Shown one piece after another: positions 25,709 to 35,515 of a stretch of 45,432 nt of DNA. The translations under genes and the position numbers were made by a program. Where the stretch lies: the NCBI GenBank assembly GCA_000934665.2, contig KZ538832.1:1-45432 (forward strand). The letters run 5' to 3'. Origin of the DNA: Catajapyx aquilonaris. Its lineage: Eukaryota. Under the pieces are notes generated by a model. It was not told the origin of the DNA. It saw only the letters and a list, made by a program, of their open reading frames with translations, and made no database searches. Every line of letters starts with the position of its first letter. The stretch's first letter is position 1.

Positions 25709-28700
25709 ATATCATTTAATTGAGGTCGAGTGAAGAAAAACAAAATCATTATTATTGAGAGTAGTTTATTCGATGCACATACAGTATCTTAGATTACTAA
25801 TTTTTATTTTGGTGTTCATTATTAAGTAAATATTGATGCTATTCCTCAAACCCATTAATTATAACAACCTATCCTCTAGGCGTGTGCAGCCTTCCTTGCA
25901 GCCACATCGTATGAGTTATTTGCACGGCCTCTGCGGCCTCTGGTAGGTTTATACACAATATTTTCTATCCATCTTCACCCTTCTTCCACCCCCAATCATG
26001 TAGCGATGTAAGCTGTGGTTCGACCATCACTATTTGGGCCCAGCAGTAACCTGCCTCATTTGCCTCATTTTGTATACTGAATAAGTACATCTTGCGTGGG
26101 AGGCACATTGTCAATTGCTGTACCTATCTGACTAAATAGGCATCTTCTTGCCTCATTAACATATTATTCGTCGCTGATAGTAGGCCTACGGTCATAGAGC
26201 AAAACTACAGTTCTCTCCAGTGGCAGTGCAGTGGCTTCATTATTTCTTTCTAGTTTACTATAGCCCTGTGAGCCAATCTACACGGTGACATTTCCGTATG
26301 CATTCCAGGTGCCCCATGCAGTCATTTTGCCTCTTCCTCCATTGCTCTATGACCGTACTAGCAGCGACGAATAATAATTATGTTAATGAGGCAATAAAAT
26401 GCCTATTTAGTCGGATAGATAGAGCAATTGACAATATGCCTCCCACGCAAGATGCACTCATTCAGTGTACAAAATGAGATGCCTACCAGGCTGGTTACTG
26501 CTGGGCCCAAATAGTAATAGTCAGTGACATTAGTAAAATTGCAATATGTGTCCAAGCTTATTCACCAGTACACCATGGAAAAGCGAAGACGTGCCAACAT
26601 TTCAGCAATTTTAATTAGTGAAATTATACTGTACATAGAAGATGATAATAATAATGCAATTCAATAACTGCTGTAAATTGGGAATGTCATTAAAACTTTT
26701 CAAGTGTCCTTCGAGTTCTGGAGGAGTCCATGAAGTATTGGATCCAGTAGAAAAAATTTCAGCCCTACTCCGTTGCAGATAACAAAAAAATAAATGACGT
26801 CCTCAACCGTTTGCTCTTAATCTTTCGGCCATAAAAAATCCCAGACCAATTTCACACTATACCGCAGTCATCCTGTAATAAATCGTTCGAAGATCTCCGG
26901 TATGAGATAGGACGAGACAGGAGGAAAGGAAAGGTTAAGCCTCTCACCCGCATTCAAATTGATGATGTTACCGTGGGATATTCGCCCTCGTATTTCGGAC
27001 GGACTTTAATCTCAACTTTTCCTGCCTCAAGGAAAAGGTTCGGGCTGCTAGTATAACAGTCGCCAAAAAAGGCCACGGGAGCAGAAAAAGTCTAACGTAG
27101 AGCGGAACTTACTTTAGGGCCTGTCTGTAGTGGTAAATAGCTTCTTCTGGATTTCCGAGATCCTTCTGAAGATTGGCGTAGTTGTAGTGCATCTTGGCGT
27201 TGTGAGGAAGCAGCTTCAGACCGGATCTGTACAAGAAATAGCAACGTATCATTAGTATCCTTTGCAAGAGTGAGTTTGTAAGCAACGAGATTGTAATAAT
27301 ATGGGAATTTTGAGTGAAAATGTCATAATTACAAGTGGCGATGGCAGAAGGAAGGACTTTATTTTCAAAGAATGTAAGCAACAATGCAGCGACCTTTTCA
27401 CTTTTGTCAGGTTTTATACCGTAATTGCAAACAAATGCGACGCACCGCACCATAGTGCAACCCTGTTCGTGCGTGACGCTTTAGGTTAACAAAGCAGGAG
27501 AATGATATCCCTTTATAGTGCAGCCGCATTTGATGTAGGACACGTCCCGAATCCGCGTCCATCCCCCATGGGAAGCGAACAAATCTAATCTGCAATTTGC
27601 GCCTGGCACATACTAGTGTAAGACCACTTTGGGGGCCAGCACGATTCGGATTTACTGAGCGGAAGTTAGTGCAAAGAGCAAGTGGACCAGGGTCACGTTT
27701 TCGGACGCGCCCGCTGGACATGGCCTGCAACATACTCCAGCAAGTGTCAGACACCTGCCCTCAAGAGACAATGATGGATGAGGGACCCTGAGGTCCCTGG
27801 AGCATCCATTCAAAAGACTACTCACGTGAAGAGGGTCTCCCTGGAGTCCCAGTCTGCGTTCCGTAGTAGCGTCTTGCACACGAACAGGGTCAGCAGCAGT
27901 AGCAGCAGGGGAGCGGGGCAAAGGCGCCGGAATCGCTGGCGCCGAGTCAGACGCTCCAGACCGGATCCCACCAGCAGGCAAAAACCCAGGCTATAGACAC
28001 GTCAAGAGAGAGGAGGACGACGAGGAGGAATAAAGATGGGCTCTTGTCAAGAGCAAGATAATCACACATACTACACATGACTACTCAAACACTACCCAGT
28101 CTGCCAATCACTATGATGTACCGCCAATTATGCAACCACACCTATGATGGGCAGGAAAGAATGGTGCTACTGTAATCTTGGATGGTGTATACAGGGTGGT
28201 CCAAATTCGTGGCACCCGATAGTAGTAATTTTTGTAGCTTGTTGCGCCCCTAACCGGGTGCCTCATTCTATAACTACTGCTATATAGAATGGGGCACCTG
28301 GTTAGGGACACAACAAGCTATAAAAGATAACTACTATCGGGCGATATCAGTTATAATAAAACGACCCACGAATTTGGAACACCCTGTATTATTCATATTC
28401 ATTTAGCCCAAAGAACTTAGTCAATATTATCACATAGGCCTACACCAAGAAGGTGGGTCCATTATTAAGTGTGGCTTTCGAGAGTAACACTAATATTAAT
28501 TCCTGACCAGCAGAAAAGGATGTCCAGCATGATGAAATTGAAAATTTGCGATTTCCACAAGCAAAACAAAAGTAATAATTAACACCAATTTTGGTAGATG
28601 TCTGCTTTTAGCGCGATTCCCTTGAGGCAAAAGCAGGCATTTAACAAAATTGGTGATAATTATTTTTTGTTTTTCTTGTAGGAATTGCAAATTTAGGAAT

Positions 28701-31700
28701 TTTCTCGCATGTCTGTTTTTCAGGTGAGGTCTCGATTTTATATCACAAAACGTAGGTACATTGTACATACGTTTTGTGATAAAAAATTAAGACCTCGCAC
28801 ATGGTGGCCTAAAATTATCAAAATACGAACTTTTATTTTTAAATTAAACATTTCAAAACACGTAACAGATATGTATACGGTTCTTGGAATATTGTCTTTG
28901 TTTGAAGATTACATACTGTACACTTGGTCACTATACACGTGATACCCTCATCCCTTTGGAAATAGATTTTCCTGCATTTGTACTGTTGAATGAAGGTCTA
29001 TTTATATGCTTGTGATATATTACAAATACATATCATTTAGTATGTCACTTACGTACTTCTGTCAATATTTTGGTAAAGGTACAATAATTATGTTGTCCGA
29101 GTGCAGTAAATGGTAAAATATTTGGCTCCACGAAAGTTGCCAGTTCCTTAATTTATTGTATTTGTGAAGCTGTTAGTGACAACAATACCGACAATGAAAG
29201 TGAATAAAAAGTGTGCAGTGTGAAGACTCATTAATAGAAGTTAGTTAATAATGCTATTGCAAGGTTAAGTGGGCTGCCTGTTTTGAACAAAACTTTTTGT
29301 TACATTAACAATTTTGCTTTGTTCAAGAATCTTCTAGTATAGGATGGAAGAATAAAGTATACTTTTCTTATCAGCTATATTAAAAAGAAAATGAGTGCAA
29401 TATTTATATGGGTTTCCTCATTCGGAATCCTTATTATCACGAAGTTTGGTAGGTCAACACTACTCTGGATTGAACACTTGACACACGAGTAGTTGCAAAG
29501 TGATCTAGAGCTACAAAATATAAGAGAATTAACATATGGAGGACGCAGCAACAAAGCTGCCGTAAATATATCTTTAAACGGGTGTGAGAGGCAGGTAGAG
29601 TATCCGGGAAATCTTGTCCCAAGTGCCCTCTGGGTCTAGTTGGATAATGAGAGAGGCCATCAGGAGAGCCATCACCAGGCTCGTGCTCGCTCAAGAGAAT
29701 TTAGAAGGTCCTGCTGCAGACTCCAAAAATCTCCGGGATCATCATGCACGAGACCGCATAAATCTTTCTCGGAACATGCCAGGGAACCAGGGCCCGGATT
29801 TTGTTCCGGGGACTATATATCCCCACCTATTTCGACCCCTGCACCATCCTGCTGTGTTACATGATACGGGATAAGCACACCCTGGAAATCTGGCTATAAT
29901 ATTTCACTTCGAGCATCGGGAAAGCGAGTGAATTTCATTAACCTGATACACATTGCAACAAATTATTATGACATAAAATGCAAAGTGTATATAAGTCGAG
30001 ATATAAGTTTGAAAAAATCACTTTCAGAAAACCATTATTTTCATACTTTTGAAATTTTGAGAATGTTCTAGCTCTTTAAGTAGAATCAATATTTAACATA
30101 ACTGCACTCCTCACTTAGGTATAACACTTAGTTCATATAAATAAGCCAAAGGGCTAGTCTCGCCACTGAACCATATAGAAGAGGCAGGGTGAGTAGTATA
30201 GGGTGTGGAGTGGTAAAGGACGAGCATTAAGTGCACTTAGCAGTTGCGGAAAAGCCGGGAGCTACCAGGGCCTACAGAGTATGCGACACAGATTAGGTTA
30301 TACGGATGTGCCATTTGCAGAAATAAGAGTGGACTTAGTCCTTGAGATGAGAAACCATGTTTCAGGAAGCACAGCAGAACTTCCATTTTAAATATAATGT
30401 CCGCGTTGACCAACTACAAGGCAAAGATCATTCGACGTCATTTGGAGAGGATGAAATATCATCAAAGTGTTTCTTAATCATGGTTATAGTCTCGTCTCAA
30501 GATGATCAAAGCCTAAGATGGTGAGACCATTCGGAGTTTTAAGAGGTCCATTCTTTCTGGGGTACTTTGGTAGAACCTGGGCAGCCCACAGAGTGACCAC
30601 TTGCAACCTGCGAATGGCCCACCCCTGATGGGAACTGCGGACTTGAAAACCATTTGGAAAGCCAAGCTAGTGCTGGACGTGATCCAAGCCACCTTTTGTT
30701 TGTCGGTTCCAGTCCGGACGTGGATTGGAACAAAAACATACTCCAGAGGACCAGAAGAATTACCCTTCTGTTTAAATCACGCTCTACTCGTAGCTGAGTA
30801 GAAATGACAGTGCATTTAATTATCAACTTTCTACTACCCATACTATTTGCCCTTCAAGAACGTGCTATTCATGTCCTTATTTGTAGTCTCCATTGAAGAA
30901 TGTGGATTGTGCTCATCGTATCACCTGTCTAATCATACCAAATCATGATTTTTATAAGTAATAGAAGCGTAACAAGGTATACATTTCAACATTCGTTATA
31001 TACGAGGGCTTTTAAGGAAGTAGGAAAAGTGGTTTTATATGCCTCGTAATATGCTAAAATATGCAGTATTCGATTTGAGTGTTTGAGGTGAGGTGTATTA
31101 TGTATGTCAGAAACATTCTGGACAATATTGTATCCTGGCGTTATGCAACCACCAGCTCTGCGCAATGTGACTTTCACTTTGCTCGAGTACTGATGGTTAC
31201 ATACATTATTTTGTCCGGAACTTATTCTGACATAAATCATTAAAAATAATATACTGTAAATTGATAAACAATAATTGAACAAAAGTGGAAATAATCAGTC
31301 AAAATTCGCGGAGGCTTACCTAGGTATGTAGAGAATTCTTTCGGCGACGACGAATCCCACCCGAAAGAATAAATTGGAGGCTGGCAAGAAGGGCACCACC
31401 AACAAAAGCAATCCGATCCCGAGCACGCGACGTTCCCTTTCCTGCAAAAATATTGGCAAGGATAGCAAATGCAGTAGCACATTGCGTCTAGCATTGACAT
31501 ACCTTCGCATTTTTACATGGCATTCTCACACCACGTGGCCTAACTTACAAAGAGTAAGAGCCTAATTCGATTCAATTCATATTTCTGAAGATAGTAATAA
31601 GTTTAATTATTGTTATTTCCCAAAAAAAGGGGTTGGGTGGAAAAGTCAAGATTATTTTGGGATGCAGATCACGAAGTCTGCTAAGCGAATACACCCCATA

Positions 31701-33524
31701 CCGCCGGCGCCGTCTTGCATTTTACCGTTTCCCATTTCGCCGCCTCCCATTTCTCTCCCAATCCGTATAATATTTATGTAGTCCTTCATGCGGGCATTGT
31801 CAGAAAGGAAGGATTGTAGCATGCATGATGACGGACGAAATGAGATTCATCGAGTCACGGCGTGGTGGAAAGCTGCTAGTGTTCAGAGATTATACGAATA
31901 CAGACTGACCAAGACCCATGGAGACAAGAAAGACTATAAGGTAAGCACGAGGAACGAACTTAACCAAGCTTGCCCCAATTTTTGAAGTGTGTTAGAGAGT
32001 GTGGAGCGAGGGTTACATTGCGCAATGAAAAGGTGCATAAGGACGACTTGGCCATACACAACCACGCTGCAGACATAGAGCGCCAGCGGGTTTTAGCCCT
32101 TGATTCCATACAGAAGTGGATGGAATATTTAGTTGGCGTAAGCCACATATACGGGCATAAGTTTCAGACATCATCGACGAGAAATAAATGACAACATTTA
32201 CATCGCGAATGCAGTGTTACACTTTTTCTTCTTCTTTGTATTGACTTGCGTCTTCGTGTATGTACCAGTCCCTCAGGCGGCGAATGGCGAAGGCGGCGAA
32301 TGGGAATGAATCATTGGCGGCGAAATGGGAAAAGGCATAATGCAAGGCGGCGAAATGGGGTGATACCCTGCTGAGCACATTTTGCTGGGATCTCAAGCCA
32401 TCACAAAATATAGCTAACATATGAAATACGCCAAGACAAGGACATCCTTATGCCAATTTACTTAAAGAGGGTGATGTTAATATTTTGAAGTGTGTATTAC
32501 GTCACCGAGCATGGTGAATTCGAAATGGAAGATAATTTTAATCATGCAATAGGCCAAGCGTAAACTTGAAAAACGAAAAGAATGTCCGGATTTTGGCAAT
32601 GGAGACACCAGAAATGATGTACTCTCAAGTCTTACCTTTCTGGAAGTGCAGACTTTGACGACAATGGCTACCACCAGAGAGTAGAAGCCCAAGGAAGCTG
32701 CGTTCCTAAGATCCTTCCACTCCTCAACCAATGAGATGGATCCCAGCTGCCAGTCGTAGGACAGTGCAGCGGGACACAGAAGTAGCCAAAAGTTGAAGGC
32801 CGGCAGGTAGGCAAAGGTGAGGAATCTGTCAATCAGATTTGAAAAGTCAGTCCTCCGAGTTTCACTGTGAAATACTTTTTAAAAAATTTACCCCGTGATG
32901 GGCCACATTGACCCGTTTGGGGGGAACCTTTTGATTTCAGGCTTTACATGGCTGAAACCTTTTTACGAATCGCCAGGTCCAAGGTCAGTGTGACTGGGAG
33001 GGAATGTCAAAGTGCAAGTGCAATGTCTGAATATGGTACATTTTGTGAACTCCCCCGGGTGGATTAGTCTGTCGTAGATTCCACCCGAGACGAAGCCAGA
33101 GACGACCCAACTCTGCACAAGATGAAGGGGAGAATGCCCGGCTTGGGATCGAACCCGGGACCCTTCCATCACTGTGGGCGCATACGGACGTTACCGCAGC
33201 GCCACTCTGCCTCCCCATTACAGTGAAATGCATGTGATGTCAGCACTTAATGAATGTATCATGCAGATGAGTGAAAATAATATTCTGCGAGCCACATTAA
33301 TTTATAAGTAATTATCTTACCCGATAAATTGAGGTACAGGTGATGCATAAGAAAATTATGCAAATGTCGATAATACTGTACGTCAGTGGTATGGGTTCAC
33401 TTTGTAAAAACAAGCCTTACCTTGTCGTGAAGTATGGAGAAAATGATGCCGGATTGTCCTGGTCGCAAAACTGCGGTAAACTTCCTTGAAGCATTAATAT
33501 GCGGAAGATGATGAGGAACAGAGT
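11747..33524 (-). CDS. TMTC1: TMTC1-like protein O-mannosyltransferase, 5'-partial, 11 exons: complement(join(11747..11896,12199..12594,12669..12813,12872..13007,13064..13275,15761..15904,27113..27226,27826..27990,31320..31441,32636..32825,33421..33524))
   Basis: Manually spliced 1878-nt ORF with no internal stops; all introns GT..AG with matching phases. Motifs [53 protein letters not shown] and [13 protein letters not shown] are followed by serial TPRs and match TMTC1 as recalled ([17 protein letters not shown]...YDWQVGSIPLV...LPHNAKVHYNYAN). Confidence 0.93.
12199..12594 (-). CDS. TMTC1: TMTC1-like TPR exon: [17 protein letters not shown]...[13 protein letters not shown]
   Basis: cgtag|GCC acceptor, AAG|gtagta donor; 396 nt, phase 0->0; follows a 74-nt intron. 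Confidence 0.9.
12669..12813 (-). CDS. TMTC1: TMTC1-like TPR exon: [48 protein letters not shown]
   Basis: gacag|G acceptor, CTG|gtgagt donor; 145 nt; follows a 58-nt intron. Confidence 0.92.
12872..13007 (-). CDS. TMTC1: TMTC1-like TPR exon: [44 protein letters not shown](R)
   Basis: tacag|GA acceptor, AG|gtgcgt donor; 136 nt, phase 1->2; follows a 56-nt intron. Confidence 0.92.
13064..13275 (-). CDS. TMTC1: TMTC1-like TPR exon: [33 protein letters not shown]...[12 protein letters not shown](G)
   Basis: ttgcag|C acceptor, G|gtatca donor; 212 nt, phase 2->1. Confidence 0.92.
14876..14924. repeat. (GGGA)n purine-rich tract, potential G-quadruplex
   Basis: Repeated GGGA units; contains one N. 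Confidence 0.8.
15541..15617. mobile_element. 77-bp PIF/Harbinger (Tourist-like) MITE
   Basis: TAA|AGGGTGGTATCCACTGCTCAATATCAAGGGG...CCCCTTGATATTGAGCAGTGGAGACCACCCT|TAA; 3-bp TAA TSD. Confidence 0.8.
15761..15904 (-). CDS. TMTC1: TMTC1-like TPR exon: [47 protein letters not shown](Y)
   Basis: aacag|A acceptor, TA|gtgagt donor; 144 nt; HASAxNNLGTL motif. Not in the ORF track. Confidence 0.93.
16086..16210. mobile_element. 125-bp PIF/Harbinger MITE
   Basis: TAA|GGGCCGGTTTCACCGAGCT...AGCTCGGTGAAACCGGCCC|TAA; TIR about 40 bp. Confidence 0.88.
16480..16790 (-). mobile_element. Degraded LINE ORF2 C-terminal relic
   Basis: Fragments [14 protein letters not shown] and [14 protein letters not shown] resemble the RR..D....K.LN..ID and L.VP.ARTNY...S tail motifs of CR1/Jockey-group ORF2. 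Confidence 0.4.
19760..20010 (-). pseudogene. Degraded Tc1-like transposase C-terminal relic
   Basis: [21 protein letters not shown] resembles WPxxSPDLNPIENVW; a downstream [14 protein letters not shown] stretch; several stops. Confidence 0.35.
21929..22311. mobile_element. hAT-type MITE with a second hAT-like end (22118-22135) nested across an assembly gap
   Basis: Perfect 8-bp TSD GTGCACGC (21921-21928, 22312-22319); TIR CAGGGCCGTACGCAGG / CCTGCGTACGGCCTTG (15/16). Confidence 0.88.
21976..22089. other. Assembly gap (114 N) between poly-C runs
   Basis: N run. Confidence 1.
22539..22892. mobile_element. Palindromic (fold-back) MITE, superfamily unassigned
   Basis: Arms of about 155 bp (22549-~22700 versus ~22710-22860); second copy at 45239-45432; no clear TSD. 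Confidence 0.8.
22962..23414 (-). mobile_element. tRNA-derived SINE family A, interrupted by a Harbinger MITE
   Basis: Perfect 15-bp TSD TACAAATAAGAAACT (22947-22961, 23415-23429); A box TGGTCTAACGG, B box GTTCAAATCC; collinear with 9397-9675. Confidence 0.92.
23227..23389. mobile_element. 163-bp PIF/Harbinger fold-back MITE
   Basis: TAA|AGGCCATT...AATGGCCT|TAA; near-perfect palindrome along its whole length. Confidence 0.9.
24949..25021. repeat. 73-bp hairpin/palindrome, possible mini-MITE
   Basis: agcaatgacactcaattt...aaattgagtgtcattgct with an inner tatcacata/tatgtgata pair. Confidence 0.7.
25671..25710. repeat. (AAAT)n microsatellite
   Basis: About 10 units. Confidence 0.95.
25880..26522 (-). 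pseudogene. Relic of a transposon protein C-terminus (XPG/H3TH-like + Cys-rich, AcademX-like) with an inverted partial duplication
   Basis: Minus strand 26340->25880 (middle motifs read from the plus-strand arm): [12 protein letters not shown]...[17 protein letters not shown]...AIDNxPPTQD....YQAGYCWAQ...HDWGWKK...[18 protein letters not shown]; 26342-26522 is an inverted copy of ~26022-26203. Confidence 0.75.
27113..27226 (-). CDS. TMTC1: TMTC1-like exon, first [41 protein letters not shown]
   Basis: tacag|A acceptor, AA|gtaagt donor; 114 nt. Confidence 0.95.
27826..27990 (-). CDS. TMTC1: TMTC1-like exon: [54 protein letters not shown](T)
   Basis: tatag|C acceptor, AC|gtgagt donor; 165 nt, phase 2->2; last TM helices plus KTxxRNxDWxSxExLF motif. 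Its reading frame is not in the ORF track. Confidence 0.92.
28192..28386. mobile_element. 195-bp Tc1/mariner-type fold-back MITE
   Basis: TA|CAGGGTGGTCCAAATTCGTGG...CCACGAATTTGGAACACCCTG|TA; internally palindromic. Confidence 0.9.
28724..28798. repeat. 75-bp palindrome, probable centre of an eroded fold-back element
   Basis: gtgaggtct..tatcacaaaacgtaggtaca / tgtacatacgttttgtgata..agacctcgc. Confidence 0.7.
31320..31441 (-). CDS. TMTC1: TMTC1-like exon: [40 protein letters not shown](S)
   Basis: ttgcag|GAA acceptor, AG|gtaagc donor; 122 nt; TMTC signature [16 protein letters not shown]. Confidence 0.95.
31687..32367 (+). mobile_element. Internally deleted Mutator-like element (MULE) with a FLYWCH mini-ORF
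   Basis: 9-bp TSD ctgct(a/g)agc (31678-31686, 32368-32376); imperfect TIRs with tandem (GGCGGCGAA(A)TGG) subrepeats. Confidence 0.75.
31825..32191 (+). pseudogene. FLYWCH-type zinc-finger mini-ORF (one +2 frameshift; 47-nt intron 31941..31987)
   Basis: [38 protein letters not shown]^[29 protein letters not shown]...[14 protein letters not shown]; gtaagc...tttgaag intron. Confidence 0.7.
32636..32825 (-). CDS. TMTC1: TMTC1-like exon: [41 protein letters not shown]...TSRK (DUF1736)
   Basis: gacag|A acceptor, AAG|gtaaga donor; 190 nt, phase 2->0. Confidence 0.95.
32876..33216 (-). mobile_element. tRNA-derived SINE family C (copy C1, A-type 3' end)
   Basis: B box GGTTCGATCCC; body shared with 40254-40589 and 40787-41197; ends ...tggcccatcacggggtaa; degenerate TSD. 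Confidence 0.88.
33421..33524 (-). CDS. TMTC1: TMTC1-like exon (first in window): [35 protein letters not shown], start of DUF1736
   Basis: Acceptor tttcag|ACT, donor AG|gtaagg; 104 nt, phase 0->2. Confidence 0.93.
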
Positions 33525-34630
33525 CTGAAACAAAAAAGAAAAAGAAATTCAATATCCAAATATCATGTGCAAGTTGAAATATTAATATTAATATTGCCAC
33601 CACCAAGCAACACACTACAAAAGGTATCAAAAAGAGAGCACAAAAGTTGATTTAATAATGATACTTTTTGGATTAACGTTGTCGGCTCGCTATTCATTGG
33701 CCATCGTCGCTCAAAAGAAGGCTCTTTCTGCCACAAGAAAAAGTTCCCAAAATTGATTTCGCAGCTTCTCCCCTCCCCCCTTCCCTGAATACCCCTCCTC
33801 TTCTCCTTCCCCTTCTCCTTTCCCTCAGCCCTCTTTGGCTCTTTCCATTACGTTAGGAGAGCACTTCAACACCCCCATCCATTCCCAGGCTCGCCTTCCA
33901 TTTCTCCCTACATATTTTCAATTTTATTTCAAAAAAGTGTTTTAATGTACTGCTTAGCGCTTTATCACTGCATGGCTGCAGCATGCTCATGCTTGAGGGA
34001 CATTCGGTACGGTATTTTTTTCCTACGAATGATAACTCTTGTGCAGTATTCATCTTAACAAAGTTGTCGCTCGAGTTGTTCCAAATAATTAAAAATCCGA
34101 ATGAGATTTGCCAACGTTAGATATTCCATTGCTGAGCCGGTAATCATTCCCTTGTTAGTATTTTAGGAGAAAACACGTTTTGCAATTCTGATGACGTTGC
34201 ACGCCTAGCTAATGACATTGCACCAATTAATATGCATATATGCAATCACCGGGATGCAAACAATTGATAATTAACAATAAGGGGCATCCCAATCAAATAT
34301 TTACAAACACCGAGGAACAATAGTGATTTCCATGAATGCGAGTAGCGACAAGTTTTTAAACACTCGCGGTGCTCTGATGGCAATGCGTGTAGGAAGCTAA
34401 ACCTCCAAATGCTCTCCTCTACATTATTAACTACACAAACACGTACAGTAGGGCCCTTTGTGCTATTAACAGTACTTTTCGGAAGCAATGCTTTCAGAGC
34501 GAAATTCAGAAACTCTATAGCATAAAAACGTTTAGTTGAAAACCGTGTGATATCGTGGTGTGAGAACAACAGGGTTCCATCTGCATTAAACTACTTTTTC
34601 CAGAAATAGGCTTTGAAGATACTAGTGCCA

Positions 34631-34960
34631 GGGGAGGTGTGGTGGCCGAGATGGCAACGTCTCGGCTTGCTGAGTGAAAGGCCCCAGGTTCGATCCCCGC
34701 CTGGGGAACTTTCCTTTCACCTGCGTCAGGAGGGTCTCTGACCTGCACCAAGGAGGTGTCTGGCAACCTAACCTCCTGGGGGACAGCACATGACCCCTTT
34801 ACCGACATTGCACTTGCACCTATGTTCCCTCCCCAAAAAATCCCTATCCCTACCCTACATCCTTGTCTCCTTGCACAAGTGTATGAATTTAAGAAGTGAA
34901 AATGGTGGTATCCCACCCCCCTAAAAAGGCTAAGCCTTAGCACGGGGTAACGTAAAAAAA
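34631..34960 (+). mobile_element. tRNA-derived SINE family B
   Basis: A box TGGCCGAGATGG, B box GGTTCGATCCC; TSD GATACTAGTGCCA (34618-34630, 34964-34976); homologous to 43809-44160. Confidence 0.92.
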
Positions 34961-35475
34961 GAGGATACTAGTGCCATATACTAGGAACTAACTATTGAAT
35001 TCTGGTGATAATTTAAATTTACAGTTCTCGATTCAGTAGCACTTTGGATAAAAATATCGTGCCATTACAGTTGCAATCATTTTAATTATAAAAATGTCAA
35101 TTTGCAGATAGAACCTCGTTGCACCCAAAATCATATGAAGCAGTTATGTCATGCAGATGGAACTTTGTCGTTCCCTATGCATGATAAAACATTAATAATC
35201 CCATAATTATAATTCCTCACATAAGTCACATCATTATGTCTATTTTTGGTGATACAAAGCACAAATTAAATTATGTGTTAAAAATATGTCTGTACATAGA
35301 AAGTTATGCAGGTTGCAAAAAAATTGTCATTCTTACAGCTTTCCTCATAAAGAGAGTACATTTCGGTTATAGATAACTGCTGGTCAATGTATTTTTACAA
35401 GTTTTAATTTAGTTCACATTTTGGGTTAGCTTGTGGCTCCCGTCGTGGCTGACTACCCCTCATAGGGAAATGTCG

Positions 35476-35515
35476 TGATGTTGTTGTTGTTGATGATGAT
35501 GATGATGATGATGAT
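35476..35515. repeat. Compound (TGT)n(TGA)n microsatellite, possible retroposon tail
   Basis: Read directly from the sequence. Confidence 0.85.

Noticed and set aside
30200..30720. Gypsy-like fragments ([19 protein letters not shown])
   Set aside because: Short, frameshifted, out of Gypsy domain order, and no LTRs found.
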